DNA from: Eubacteriales bacterium
GTDB lineage: Bacteria; Bacillota; Clostridia; Oscillospirales; CAG-382
Length of the DNA stretch: 64,000 bases
Direction: 5' to 3'
Assembly (NCBI GenBank): GCA_045538555.1
Contig: JAZSRP010000036.1
Span: 1,664 to 65,663 of the forward strand
Shown: positions 36,739 to 45,576 of the stretch, piece by piece
Layout: every line of letters begins with the position of its first letter
How positions within the stretch are numbered: the stretch's first letter is position 1
The notes under the pieces: generated by a model
Database searches by the model: none
The model's input: only the letters and a program-made list of their open reading frames with translations
Told to the model about the DNA's origin: nothing
Program-made: the position numbers and the translations under genes

Positions 36739-37992
36739 ATGTCAAAAAAGATTTTTGCTCTTCTTCTGGCTGCTCTTATGGTCGTTTCTGTCTTTGCTTT
36801 TTCCGGCTGTAACGACACCACCGACACCAACAGCACCGGAAGCAGCACTTCCACCGCTACCTCCGAGGGCGGAGACACCGATGATTTCAAGATCGGCTTT
36901 ATCTTCCTTCACGACGAGAACTCCACCTACGACAAGAACTTTATGGACGCTGCACGCGAGGCACAGTCCGCTCTTGGTCTGAGAGATGACCAGGTCATCT
37001 TCAAGGTTGGCATCCCCGAGTCCAGCGCTTGCTATGACAGCGCTTGCGAGCTCGTTGACGCAGGCTGCGACGTTATCTTTGCAGACAGCTTTGGTCACGA
37101 GGCATTTATGGCTCAGGCAGCCGCTGAGTATCCTGAGGTTCAGTTCTGCCACGCTACCGGTACTTCCGCACACGTGAAGCAACTCCCCAACTTCCACAAC
37201 GCTTTTGCTTCTATCTATGAGGGCAGATACGTTGCAGGTATCGCAGCAGGCATGAAGCTCAACGAGATGATCGCCGCAGGTACCATCACCGCTGAGCAGG
37301 CAGTTATCGGTTATGTCGGCGCATTCAACTACGCTGAGGTTGTTTCCGGTATGACTTCCTTCTTCCTTGGCGCTCGCTCCGTTTGTGAGTCCGTTACCAT
37401 GAAGGTAAAATACACCAACTCTTGGTTTGACATCGCTCTCGAGAGAGAGGCAGCTCTTGCTCTCATGGATGACGGTTGCGTTCTTATCAGCCAGCACGCT
37501 GACTCCGAGGGCGCTCCCAAGGCATGCGAGGAGAGAAAGGTTCCCAACGTTGCATACAACGTAAACACCATCTCCATGGGTCCCAACACCGCTATCGTTT
37601 CTTCCAAGATCAACTGGACTCCTTACTTCAAGCTGATCATTGAGAAGACCATGGCAGGCAAAGGCAATGAGATCCCCTACGACTGGTGCGGCGGCTTCAA
37701 CGAAGGTTCTGTAGAGCTCACCGAGCTCAACACCACCGTTGCTGCTGAGGGCACACAGGAAGCTATGGATGCTGCAATCGCTGCATTCAAGGCAGGCACT
37801 CTCAAGGTGTTTGATACCTCCAAGTTTACTGTAAACGGCGAAGTTCTCACAGAGTACCTCGCAGACGTTGACGGTGACTTCACCGGCGAGACCAACGTTA
37901 TTCATGACGGTTTCTTTGATGAGTCCGCTCAGAATCAACGTTCTGCTCCCTACTTTGATATCATGTATATCGACGGTATCACCGAGAAATAA
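36739..37992 (+). CDS. BMP family ABC transporter substrate-binding lipoprotein (purine nucleoside)
   Basis: Lipobox FSGC, Thr/Ser linker, IFADSFG, YEGRYVAGIAAG, ISQHADS; adjacent to xpt. Confidence 0.9.
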   Translation: MSKKIFALLLAALMVVSVFAFSGCNDTTDTNSTGSSTSTATSEGGDTDDFKIGFIFLHDENSTYDKNFMDAAREAQSALGLRDDQVIFKVGIPESSACYDSACELVDAGCDVIFADSFGHEAFMAQAAAEYPEVQFCHATGTSAHVKQLPNFHNAFASIYEGRYVAGIAAGMKLNEMIAAGTITAEQAVIGYVGAFNYAEVVSGMTSFFLGARSVCESVTMKVKYTNSWFDIALEREAALALMDDGCVLISQHADSEGAPKACEERKVPNVAYNVNTISMGPNTAIVSSKINWTPYFKLIIEKTMAGKGNEIPYDWCGGFNEGSVELTELNTTVAAEGTQEAMDAAIAAFKAGTLKVFDTSKFTVNGEVLTEYLADVDGDFTGETNVIHDGFFDESAQNQRSAPYFDIMYIDGITEK

Positions 37993-38008
37993 AATCGTTT
38001 TTTCCGAA

Positions 38009-38048
38009 AGGGGATGCCGCTTTTTGCGGCATCCCCACGGGTTTTTTT
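38009..38048 (+). terminator. Strong hairpin or partial terminator after the BMP gene
   Basis: GGGGATGCCGC/GCGGCATCCCC 11-bp stem followed by an offset T7. Confidence 0.65.
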
Positions 38049-38164
38049 GAAAGCAAACGCATTTTGTTGCATTTTTTATGCCTGACTGCGTTTGTTTTTA
38101 AATCAAATCTTTTGCGATGCAAAAACGATGTGTTTCATCCAAAAAGAAAGGCAGTATTCATTTT

Positions 38165-39700
38165 ATGAGCAATGTCGCCATCGAACTCAAAAACATCACA
38201 AAGCGGTTTGGAAGCGTTGTGGCAAACAAGGACGTAAACCTCAAGGTTTTTAAAGGTGAGATCCTCTCCTTGCTTGGCGAGAACGGAAGCGGAAAGACCA
38301 CTCTGATGAACATGATCTCGGGTATTTATTTTCCGGATGATGGTCATATTTTCATCAACGGAAGCGAGGTCATTATCCGCTCACCAAAGGATTCCTTTGC
38401 CTATGGAATCGGTATGATTCACCAGCATTTCAAGCTTGTCAACGTTTTTTCTGCTACAGAAAATATCGTGCTGGGTCTCAACGAGGGTGATGGCTTTGAT
38501 TTGGCCCGCGCACAGGAAAAAGTGGGACACATCGCTGAGAAATACGGTTTTGAGATCGATCCAAAAAAGAAGATCTATGAAATGTCCGTATCCGAAAAGC
38601 AAACCGTTGAGATCATAAAAGTGCTCTATCGCGGCGCTGATATTCTCATTCTTGACGAGCCCACGGCTGTGCTTACTCCCCAGGAGACCGAAAAGCTTTT
38701 TGCCGTACTCAGAAAAATGCGTGACGACGGAAAGGCCATCATTATCATCACTCACAAGCTCCATGAGGTTTTGGGGCTCTCTGACCGCGTGGCGGTTTTG
38801 AGAAAAGGCGAGTATATCGGCACCGTCAACACTGCCGAGACCACAGAATCTCAGCTCACAGAGATGATGGTGGGCAAAAAGGTGTCCCTCAACATCCACA
38901 GAGGCGAGCCCGTGGATCCTGTGGATCGATTGGAGATAAAAAATATTGACTGTATCAGCCGTGAGGGCGTAAAGCTCCTTGACAACGTTTCTTTTACCGC
39001 ACGGTCGGGTGAGATCCTTGGTATTGCAGGCATTGCCGGCTCCGGTCAACGCGAGCTTTTGGAGGCAATTGCAGGACTGCAACACATCGACAGCGGCGAG
39101 ATACTTTATAACAACCCCAAGAACGATTCTACGGAGAATCTTCGTGACAAGACACCGCTGCAGATCAGGGATCTGGGGGTTCGGCTTTCATTTGTTCCCG
39201 AGGATAGACTGGGAATGGGACTTGTGGGCAACATGGATATTATTGACAACATGATGCTCCGCAGCTACCGCAAGAAGAAAGGATTTTTCCTTCACAGAAA
39301 AGATCCCAGAAACCTCGCAGAGGATATCATCACCCAGCTGGAGGTTGTCACCCCCAGTGCAACCACTGCAGTACGCAAGCTCTCCGGCGGAAACGTTCAA
39401 AAGGTTCTTGTAGGCCGAGAGATCGCCGCTGCACCCACTGTGCTGATGGCTGCATATCCCGTAAGAGGTCTTGATATCAACTCCTCCTACACCATCTACA
39501 ATCTGCTGAACAAGCAAAAGGAGGAGGGAGTTGCAGTTATATTTGTTGGTGAGGATCTTGACGTTTTGCTGGAGCTGTGTGACCGAATATTGGTTATCGG
39601 ATCAGGCAAAGTCACGGGAATTGTGGACGGAAGATCTGCTACAAAAGAGGAAATCGGTCTGCTGATGACAAAAACAGAGGGAGGTGCCGCAAATGAATAA
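38165..39700 (+). CDS. Nucleoside/sugar ABC transporter ATP-binding protein (two NBDs)
   Basis: GENGSGKTT, ILDEPTAVLT, LSGGNVQK. Confidence 0.93.
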   Translation: MSNVAIELKNITKRFGSVVANKDVNLKVFKGEILSLLGENGSGKTTLMNMISGIYFPDDGHIFINGSEVIIRSPKDSFAYGIGMIHQHFKLVNVFSATENIVLGLNEGDGFDLARAQEKVGHIAEKYGFEIDPKKKIYEMSVSEKQTVEIIKVLYRGADILILDEPTAVLTPQETEKLFAVLRKMRDDGKAIIIITHKLHEVLGLSDRVAVLRKGEYIGTVNTAETTESQLTEMMVGKKVSLNIHRGEPVDPVDRLEIKNIDCISREGVKLLDNVSFTARSGEILGIAGIAGSGQRELLEAIAGLQHIDSGEILYNNPKNDSTENLRDKTPLQIRDLGVRLSFVPEDRLGMGLVGNMDIIDNMMLRSYRKKKGFFLHRKDPRNLAEDIITQLEVVTPSATTAVRKLSGGNVQKVLVGREIAAAPTVLMAAYPVRGLDINSSYTIYNLLNKQKEEGVAVIFVGEDLDVLLELCDRILVIGSGKVTGIVDGRSATKEEIGLLMTKTEGGAANE

Positions 39701-40829
39701 TCAGCCCGCTGAAAAAAAGCATTCACACAGCGAACCTCTGCTTCACATCACAAAAAGGGATGAAATGGTTTGGTGGAAATCATGGACGGTGCGTATCGTT
39801 GCCGTTATTGCGGCTCTGATCGTCGGATCTGTTTTTATTGTTTTGCTCACCGACATCAACCCCATGAAGATCTACTCCGCAATGATCGAGGGTAACTTTG
39901 GAACCCCAAGAAAAAGATGGATACTGATCAAGGAGGCGGCAATGCTTTTGGGAATTTCCCTTGCCGTCACTCCCGCATTTAAAATGCGTTTTTGGAACAC
40001 CGGCGCCGAGGGTCAGGTTCTCATCGGGGGCCTGGCAAGTGTTACATGCATGTTTTATCTCGGTGACTCGCTTTCTCCGGTTGCTCTGCTGGCAGTGATG
40101 CTGGTTTCCAGCATTGTTGCCGGTGCCGTATGGGCAGGACTTCCCGGTCTTTTTAAAGCAAAATACAACACAAACGAGACACTGTTTACCCTTATGATGA
40201 ACTACGTTGCCATTCAGCTTGTGGCGTTTTGCATTATGAAATGGGTCCCCAACGGCTCCATGGTTCTTACTCCGCTCAACAGCACAACAAGAGCCGGCTG
40301 GCTTCCCAAGGTATTTAACCAGCAGTATTTTCTCAACATCGCCATTGTACTGGTCATCACTGTCATCGTGTTTATCTACCTGAAATACAGCAAACAGGGA
40401 TATGAGATTTCCGTTGTAGGCGAAAGCGAAAACACTGCGCGCTACGTCGGCATCAACGTCAACAAGGTTATCATCCGCACGGTCATCATATCCGGCGCAC
40501 TCTGCGGCATTATGGGATGGCTGTACGTGGCAGGACTTGACCACACCATTGACACGGACATGGTGGGCGGCAACGGTTTTACGGCGATCATGGTATCCTG
40601 GCTGGCAAAATTCAACCCCGTATTTATGATCATCGCTTCCCTGCTCATCTGCTTTTTGCAGATTGGATCGGGTGCTTTGGCAGGTGATCCTCTGCTGAAA
40701 TTAGACCCCAGCTTGGGCGACATTCTCACGGGTATCATCATTCTGTTTATTATCGGCAGTGAATTTTTTGTCAGATACAAAATCAATTTTAGAAAAAGAA
40801 ACAAAGTGGAGGTAAAAGCAGATGCTTGA
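39693..40829 (+). CDS. ABC transporter permease (BPD_transp_2)
   Basis: WNTGAEGQ, NETLFTLMMNY, GFTAIMVSWLA. Confidence 0.9.
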   Translation: MNNQPAEKKHSHSEPLLHITKRDEMVWWKSWTVRIVAVIAALIVGSVFIVLLTDINPMKIYSAMIEGNFGTPRKRWILIKEAAMLLGISLAVTPAFKMRFWNTGAEGQVLIGGLASVTCMFYLGDSLSPVALLAVMLVSSIVAGAVWAGLPGLFKAKYNTNETLFTLMMNYVAIQLVAFCIMKWVPNGSMVLTPLNSTTRAGWLPKVFNQQYFLNIAIVLVITVIVFIYLKYSKQGYEISVVGESENTARYVGINVNKVIIRTVIISGALCGIMGWLYVAGLDHTIDTDMVGGNGFTAIMVSWLAKFNPVFMIIASLLICFLQIGSGALAGDPLLKLDPSLGDILTGIIILFIIGSEFFVRYKINFRKRNKVEVKADA

Positions 40830-41793
40830 CACAATCATTTCTTATATCTCCGCCGCCATTATTCAAGGTATTCCCCTGCTCTACGGTGCAACGGGCGAGA
40901 TTCTCACCGAAAAATCCGGCAACCTCAATCTGGGTATCCCCGGGATCATGTACATGGGCGGCATCTCGGGCGTTGTGGGCGCATATATCTACGAGTTTTA
41001 CGTTCCCGAGCCCCAAACATGGCTCTTGATCCTCATACCTTTGCTCTCATCTCTTTTGGGTGCGGCTCTGTTGTCATTGATATACTGCTTCCTCACCGTC
41101 ACACTGAAAGCAAACCAAAACGTAACCGGTCTTGCTCTCACCACACTTGGTGTCGGAATCGGAAACTTCTTTGGCGGCTCTCTGGTGGGTCTTTTGGGCG
41201 GTAGCGGATCCATTGCACTTCCCAAAACCGCTGAGGTCTACAAAACCACGTTTCCTTTTATGAAGCATTTTGGCGACCTTGCTCATACAGGATTTTTGCT
41301 CTATCTGGCAATCATCATTGCAATCATTGCCGCATGGTTTCTCAAGCACACCCGCCGCGGGCTCAACCTCCGTGCCGTGGGTGAAAATCCCGCAACCGCT
41401 GATGCGGCAGGTATCAACGTTTCTCTTTACAAATACGCTTCTACCTGTATCGGTGGCGCTATTGCCGGACTGGGCGGTCTGTATTTTGTAATGGACTATA
41501 CGGGCGGAAGCTGGACAAACAACGGATTTGGCGACAGAGGATGGCTGGCGATTGCAATCGTTATTTTTGCTCTGTGGAAGCCCAACCAAGCAGTTCTCAG
41601 TTCTATTGTGTTTGGCGGTCTCTACATTGCATGCGTCAAAATTGACGGTCTTACCGCCAGCGACAAGGAGCTCATCAAAATGCTGCCCTACATTGTTACC
41701 ATTCTGGTGCTGATCTTTGTCAGCATTCGCAGAAAACGTGAGAATCAGCCCCCTGAATCTCTGGGTCAGTCCTATTTTAGAGAAGAACGATAA
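40822..41793 (+). CDS. ABC transporter permease (BPD_transp_2)
   Basis: EKSGNLNLG, LRAVGENP..ADAAGINV, GWLAIAIVIF, MLPY. Confidence 0.9.
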   Translation: MLDTIISYISAAIIQGIPLLYGATGEILTEKSGNLNLGIPGIMYMGGISGVVGAYIYEFYVPEPQTWLLILIPLLSSLLGAALLSLIYCFLTVTLKANQNVTGLALTTLGVGIGNFFGGSLVGLLGGSGSIALPKTAEVYKTTFPFMKHFGDLAHTGFLLYLAIIIAIIAAWFLKHTRRGLNLRAVGENPATADAAGINVSLYKYASTCIGGAIAGLGGLYFVMDYTGGSWTNNGFGDRGWLAIAIVIFALWKPNQAVLSSIVFGGLYIACVKIDGLTASDKELIKMLPYIVTILVLIFVSIRRKRENQPPESLGQSYFREER

Positions 41794-41808
41794 AATTTTT
41801 TCAACAAC

Positions 41809-41837
41809 AAAAAAGCCACCCGCAGGTGGCTTTTTTT
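41809..41837. terminator. Bidirectional intrinsic terminator
   Basis: AAAAAAGCCACC/GGTGGCTTTTTT between convergent genes. Confidence 0.85.
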
Positions 41838-41855
41838 ATTGTTTTTATTGCCTTT

Positions 41856-43340
41856 TTATCCGGCTTGTTGCGCCTTGAGAGCATCCAGCAGCTCATCAAT
41901 ACTGCTCTGGTATGCCGATTCACGCTGCTCAAAGTGGGATATAATGGTATTGTTTTTGCTCATTATCAACTGAGTGTAGAAATAGAGCATTCCGCTTTTG
42001 CCACCGTCAGAGAAATTGAAGATGACACCAAGGTCGTAGGTTCTGTTGCGGAAAATGATGTCCAGCATCTCGGAAGAATCATCGTCCTGAAGACGCTTGA
42101 GGTTGAGGGTACGGTCATAATACTCGGTGGTGACCATTTCTTTTCCGTAATACGCCATTGCCTCCAAAGCATAGCAGGTGGCATCCAAAAGCTCAGGGTC
42201 ACTGTTGCTCTTGGGGACAGAAATGGTTGAGCAGTGATAAATGTTGATGGAAGTAGTGTACTGCTCCTGGTTTTCATCGCGCTTAGGAAGCGGCAAAATA
42301 CCGTAGTGTATCTCTGCATTTCTCAATGCATCTGAAGAAACGGTAGATATGGTGCCGGGCATAAACAGTGCATTTCCATAAGTAAAGATCGCCATCTTAT
42401 CGCCGTAAACACCGGAGTCCCATGGGCCAAAATGGTCTGCAACACCGACGTTGGAGGTATCAAGAAGAATGTCGAAAACTTTTCCAAAGGTGTTTATGTT
42501 TTCTTCCTCTTTGATACGCATGACAATGTCATCACCTCTGTTGACAACTGTCTTCTGACCGCAGCCAAGCATAAATGCCACTGTATCAAGAGTATCGACA
42601 ACCATGCCCCATCTGTCTCCTACATCAGGGTCAAACGACATCTGTGAGCCGTGCATAAAACCGGTCTCTTTGATCATGCCGTACATGGTATCAAGATTCC
42701 ATCTGTTGTCACGAACCAAAGTGTAGGGATCCTCAAACCCCAGTGTTTCCACAAGGTCCTTGTTGAAATACATTGCCCAGGTATACTCGTCATCAGTAAC
42801 AATAATATCACCTGCAAGGAACCAGAGCTGATTGTTGATGGTCAGATCACGGACCGCAGACTGATCCCACCACTCTTTTGAGGTATCAATATAATTGAGC
42901 TGATTGTAGTCGTACAATATGCCCTCAACGCCAAGTGTTGCCATGTAAGAAATGGGCTGGCACACCGCCTGATATGCACCGAGATCCGTCTGAAAATCCT
43001 CACGGACGGCATTTGTGAGCTCCTCAAAATCCGTGATAAGCTCAACCTCGATGGTCAATCCGTAATTTTCTTTTATGTACTGGTTACGTTCGTAAAAAGC
43101 ATTCTCCACCGGCTCACTGCTTGCCTCTGCAGCGGCAATCTCACATGTGCCGTATGCTTTTGAATCACTGGCAAGTATTGTGATAGTTTTGTTCCAAACC
43201 TTGGGTTCAAGAGGGAATCCCTCGTCATTGCCTGACACGGGCGGAGCGCTGCTCTCTTCATCTTCACCGCAGGAGGCAAGTACCATGGGCATGAGGGATA
43301 TTGCAATCAAAAGCAAAAATGCAACAATTCTTTTTGTCAT
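41856..43340 (-). CDS. Orphan extracellular solute-binding lipoprotein (carbohydrate SBP-like)
   Basis: Lipobox LASC, YIDTSKEWWDQ, MYFNKDL, YGILPLPK; no permease genes adjacent. Confidence 0.75.
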   Translation of the reverse strand: MTKRIVAFLLLIAISLMPMVLASCGEDEESSAPPVSGNDEGFPLEPKVWNKTITILASDSKAYGTCEIAAAEASSEPVENAFYERNQYIKENYGLTIEVELITDFEELTNAVREDFQTDLGAYQAVCQPISYMATLGVEGILYDYNQLNYIDTSKEWWDQSAVRDLTINNQLWFLAGDIIVTDDEYTWAMYFNKDLVETLGFEDPYTLVRDNRWNLDTMYGMIKETGFMHGSQMSFDPDVGDRWGMVVDTLDTVAFMLGCGQKTVVNRGDDIVMRIKEEENINTFGKVFDILLDTSNVGVADHFGPWDSGVYGDKMAIFTYGNALFMPGTISTVSSDALRNAEIHYGILPLPKRDENQEQYTTSINIYHCSTISVPKSNSDPELLDATCYALEAMAYYGKEMVTTEYYDRTLNLKRLQDDDSSEMLDIIFRNRTYDLGVIFNFSDGGKSGMLYFYTQLIMSKNNTIISHFEQRESAYQSSIDELLDALKAQQAG

Positions 43341-43387
43341 ACTCTGTACCTCTTTTTTGTATTATATCAACCACCTGATACAAAATA

Positions 43388-43416
43388 ATTATACACAAGC
43401 AACGCAATTTTGTCAA
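43388..43416 (-). promoter_or_regulatory. Consensus sigma-A promoter of the SBP gene
   Basis: TTGACA-17nt-TATAAT. Confidence 0.8.
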
Positions 43417-43519
43417 CAGTGACCAAATGATATAAAGCTGTTTTTTATTTTTTTAAATTATTTTTGGAGTTGTTCAAAAGATTTTTTGAAAATTTTTTAA
43501 AAAACAGCATGCTTTTTTG

Positions 43520-43548
43520 TTGAAATTCCCTGTTTTGTGTGCTACACT
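43520..43548 (+). promoter_or_regulatory. Putative sigma-A promoter of the PH-domain gene
   Basis: TTGAAA-17nt-TACACT with TG extended -10. Confidence 0.6.
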
Positions 43549-43582
43549 GATAAAAACAAATAATTTTTGTTCGGAGGATGGC

Positions 43583-43960
43583 ATGGCAGAAAGAAATATT
43601 TTGTGGAAAGATAAAAAGCGTCCTGTTTTTGGGCTTCCCGTCAGCTTTACCAGATATTCGGTGACAAATGAAAAGCTCTACGTAGACACAGGATTTTTAT
43701 CCCGCAACGAGGAGGAGATCCGTCTCTACCGTATTCTTGACCTTACCCTCAAGCGCCCCTTCTGGCAACGTATATTTGGTGTAGGCACCATCCACTGCTG
43801 CACTGCAGACAAGTCAACACCCGAGTTTGACATCAAAAAAATCAAAAATCCTACAAAAATCAAGGACATGCTGTCCGATATGGTTGAACAACAACGTGAA
43901 CAAAAGAGGGTTTCGTCACGCGAGTTCTTTGGTGACGATGATTTTGACGAGCATCCTTGA
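43583..43960 (+). CDS. Bacterial PH domain protein (bPH_2)
   Basis: WKDKKR..FGLP.SFTRY, EIRLYRILD, QRIFGVGTI; GGAGG RBS. Confidence 0.85.
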   Translation: MAERNILWKDKKRPVFGLPVSFTRYSVTNEKLYVDTGFLSRNEEEIRLYRILDLTLKRPFWQRIFGVGTIHCCTADKSTPEFDIKKIKNPTKIKDMLSDMVEQQREQKRVSSREFFGDDDFDEHP

Positions 43961-44079
43961 AATATTATTCAGCAACAAAAACGAGACATTGTTTGTTTCG
44001 TTTTTTGTTTTTTGTTCCGCAATGCGACAAATTATGCATATTTACAATGCTAAAATGCAAGCGGAAAGGATGAAATTAT

Positions 44080-44394
44080 ATGGAAATTAAATGTGAAAAA
44101 AATGGCGAATCTCTTGTAGCTTTTGTTATCGGTGAGGTTGATCATCACAACGCAAAAAACGCAAGGGAGATTTTGGACTCCGCAATTGAACGTGAGCAGC
44201 CCGAATTTTTTTGGCTGGATCTGTCAAGGGTGACTTTTTGTGATTCCTCCGGACTGGGACTGGTGATGGGAAGAATGAAAAAATGCGCTTCTGCGGGGAG
44301 CAAAATGGCTATCCGTAACCCCTCCCCTGCGGCAGAAAATATTCTTGTTATTGCAGGAATGGACAAAATACTGAAAATCGAAAGAGGACAATGA
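44080..44394 (+). CDS. spoIIAA: Anti-sigma F factor antagonist (STAS domain)
   Basis: GEVDHHNA, VTFCDSSGLGLVMGR. Confidence 0.92.
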   Translation: MEIKCEKNGESLVAFVIGEVDHHNAKNAREILDSAIEREQPEFFWLDLSRVTFCDSSGLGLVMGRMKKCASAGSKMAIRNPSPAAENILVIAGMDKILKIERGQ

Positions 44395-44395
44395 A

Positions 44396-44842
44396 ATGGC
44401 GGACAAGATTATCAACAACATGAAATGTGTATTCTCGGCAAAAAGCGTCAACGAAAGCTTTGGACGAATGTGTGTTGCCGCTTTTTGCGCTCAATGCGAT
44501 CCCACAGTGGCAACTATTGCAGATATAAAAACCGTGGTCAGCGAGGCGGTGACAAACTGCATCGTACACGCCTACGGCGGGCGGGAGGACAGAGACAGTT
44601 GCCAGGTCTATATTTCCTGTACTTTGTATGACAGCGGGCGGATGGTAATAAAAATCAGAGACAAAGGCAGAGGCATCAAGGATGTCAAAGCAGCAATGGA
44701 ACCGCTTTTTACTACTGATACCGAGGGCGAGCGAAGCGGGATGGGATTTTCGGTAATGAAGGCATTTTGTGATAAGATCAGAGTGTCTTCCACTCTTGGA
44801 AAGGGCACAACGGTCACCCTTGAAAAGAAGGTCACTGCATAA
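44396..44842 (+). CDS. spoIIAB: Anti-sigma F factor, Ser kinase
   Basis: VSEAVTNCIVHAY, DKGRGI, AMEPLFTT, RSGMGFSVM. Confidence 0.95.
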   Translation: MADKIINNMKCVFSAKSVNESFGRMCVAAFCAQCDPTVATIADIKTVVSEAVTNCIVHAYGGREDRDSCQVYISCTLYDSGRMVIKIRDKGRGIKDVKAAMEPLFTTDTEGERSGMGFSVMKAFCDKIRVSSTLGKGTTVTLEKKVTA

Positions 44843-45540
44843 TGACAAAAGAGCAATCGAAGCTCATTGCGGCCGCACAGGAGGGCGACAAAAGAGCAAT
44901 GTCTCTGCTTGTGGAACGCAACACAGGGCTTGTAAGATCGGTTGCAGTGCGTTTTTTGAACAGAGGTGTGGAGTTTGAGGACCTGTGTCAACTGGGACAC
45001 ATGGGAATGCTGAAAGCCATCAAGAACTTTGATCTGTCCCATGGCACGGAGTTTTCTACTTATGCTGTTCCGCTCATCATGGGTGAGATAAAACGTTTTT
45101 TGCGAGACGACGGTTGCCTGAAGGTAAGCCGTGAGCTAAAACAAAAAAATGCTTTTTTGCTCAAAAAGCGTGAAGAATACATACAGCTTCACGGTGTCGA
45201 ACCAAAGCTGAGCCAACTGAGCCAATTGTGCGGAATGACGGAGGAAGAAGCCGCAGAATGTCTTTGTGCAGGGGCCGCAGTTGTGTCCATACACGAGCAG
45301 ATAGGTGAAAAAACGCTGGAAGACACGCTGGGGGAGGACAGTATTCCTGCCGTAAACGAAAAAATCGCTCTCATGCAGGCCATCGACCTTTTGGAAAAGC
45401 CGGACAGGCAGATTATATTGCTGCGCTATTTCAAAAATCTGTCCCAAAGCGAGACCGGTCTCCGCCTGGGGCTGACTCAAGTGACGGTATCCCGAAGAGA
45501 GTCAAAGATCCTGCACACACTGCACAATCTGCTGAAATAA
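44842..45540 (+). CDS. sigF: Sporulation sigma factor F
   Basis: NTGLVRSV, EDLCQLG, FSTYAVPLIMGEIKRFLRDDG, QVTVSRRE; follows spoIIAB. Confidence 0.88.
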   Translation: MTKEQSKLIAAAQEGDKRAMSLLVERNTGLVRSVAVRFLNRGVEFEDLCQLGHMGMLKAIKNFDLSHGTEFSTYAVPLIMGEIKRFLRDDGCLKVSRELKQKNAFLLKKREEYIQLHGVEPKLSQLSQLCGMTEEEAAECLCAGAAVVSIHEQIGEKTLEDTLGEDSIPAVNEKIALMQAIDLLEKPDRQIILLRYFKNLSQSETGLRLGLTQVTVSRRESKILHTLHNLLK

Positions 45541-45576
45541 AAAAGCCGAAGCGTTTTTTTGAACTTCGGCTTTTTG
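45540..45576. terminator. Bidirectional intrinsic terminator
   Basis: AAAAAGCCGAAG/CTTCGGCTTTTT between sigF and rarA. Confidence 0.8.

Noticed and set aside
36742-37938. 398-aa antisense ORF opposite the BMP lipoprotein
   Set aside because: It is an in-register shadow of a strongly codon-biased gene (few TTA/CTA/TCA codons), with no RBS, motif or promoter.
43417-43519. AT-rich tract as a possible replication origin or mobile-element end
   Set aside because: No DnaA-box cluster, terminal repeats or transposase; it is adequately explained as the upstream region of divergent promoters.
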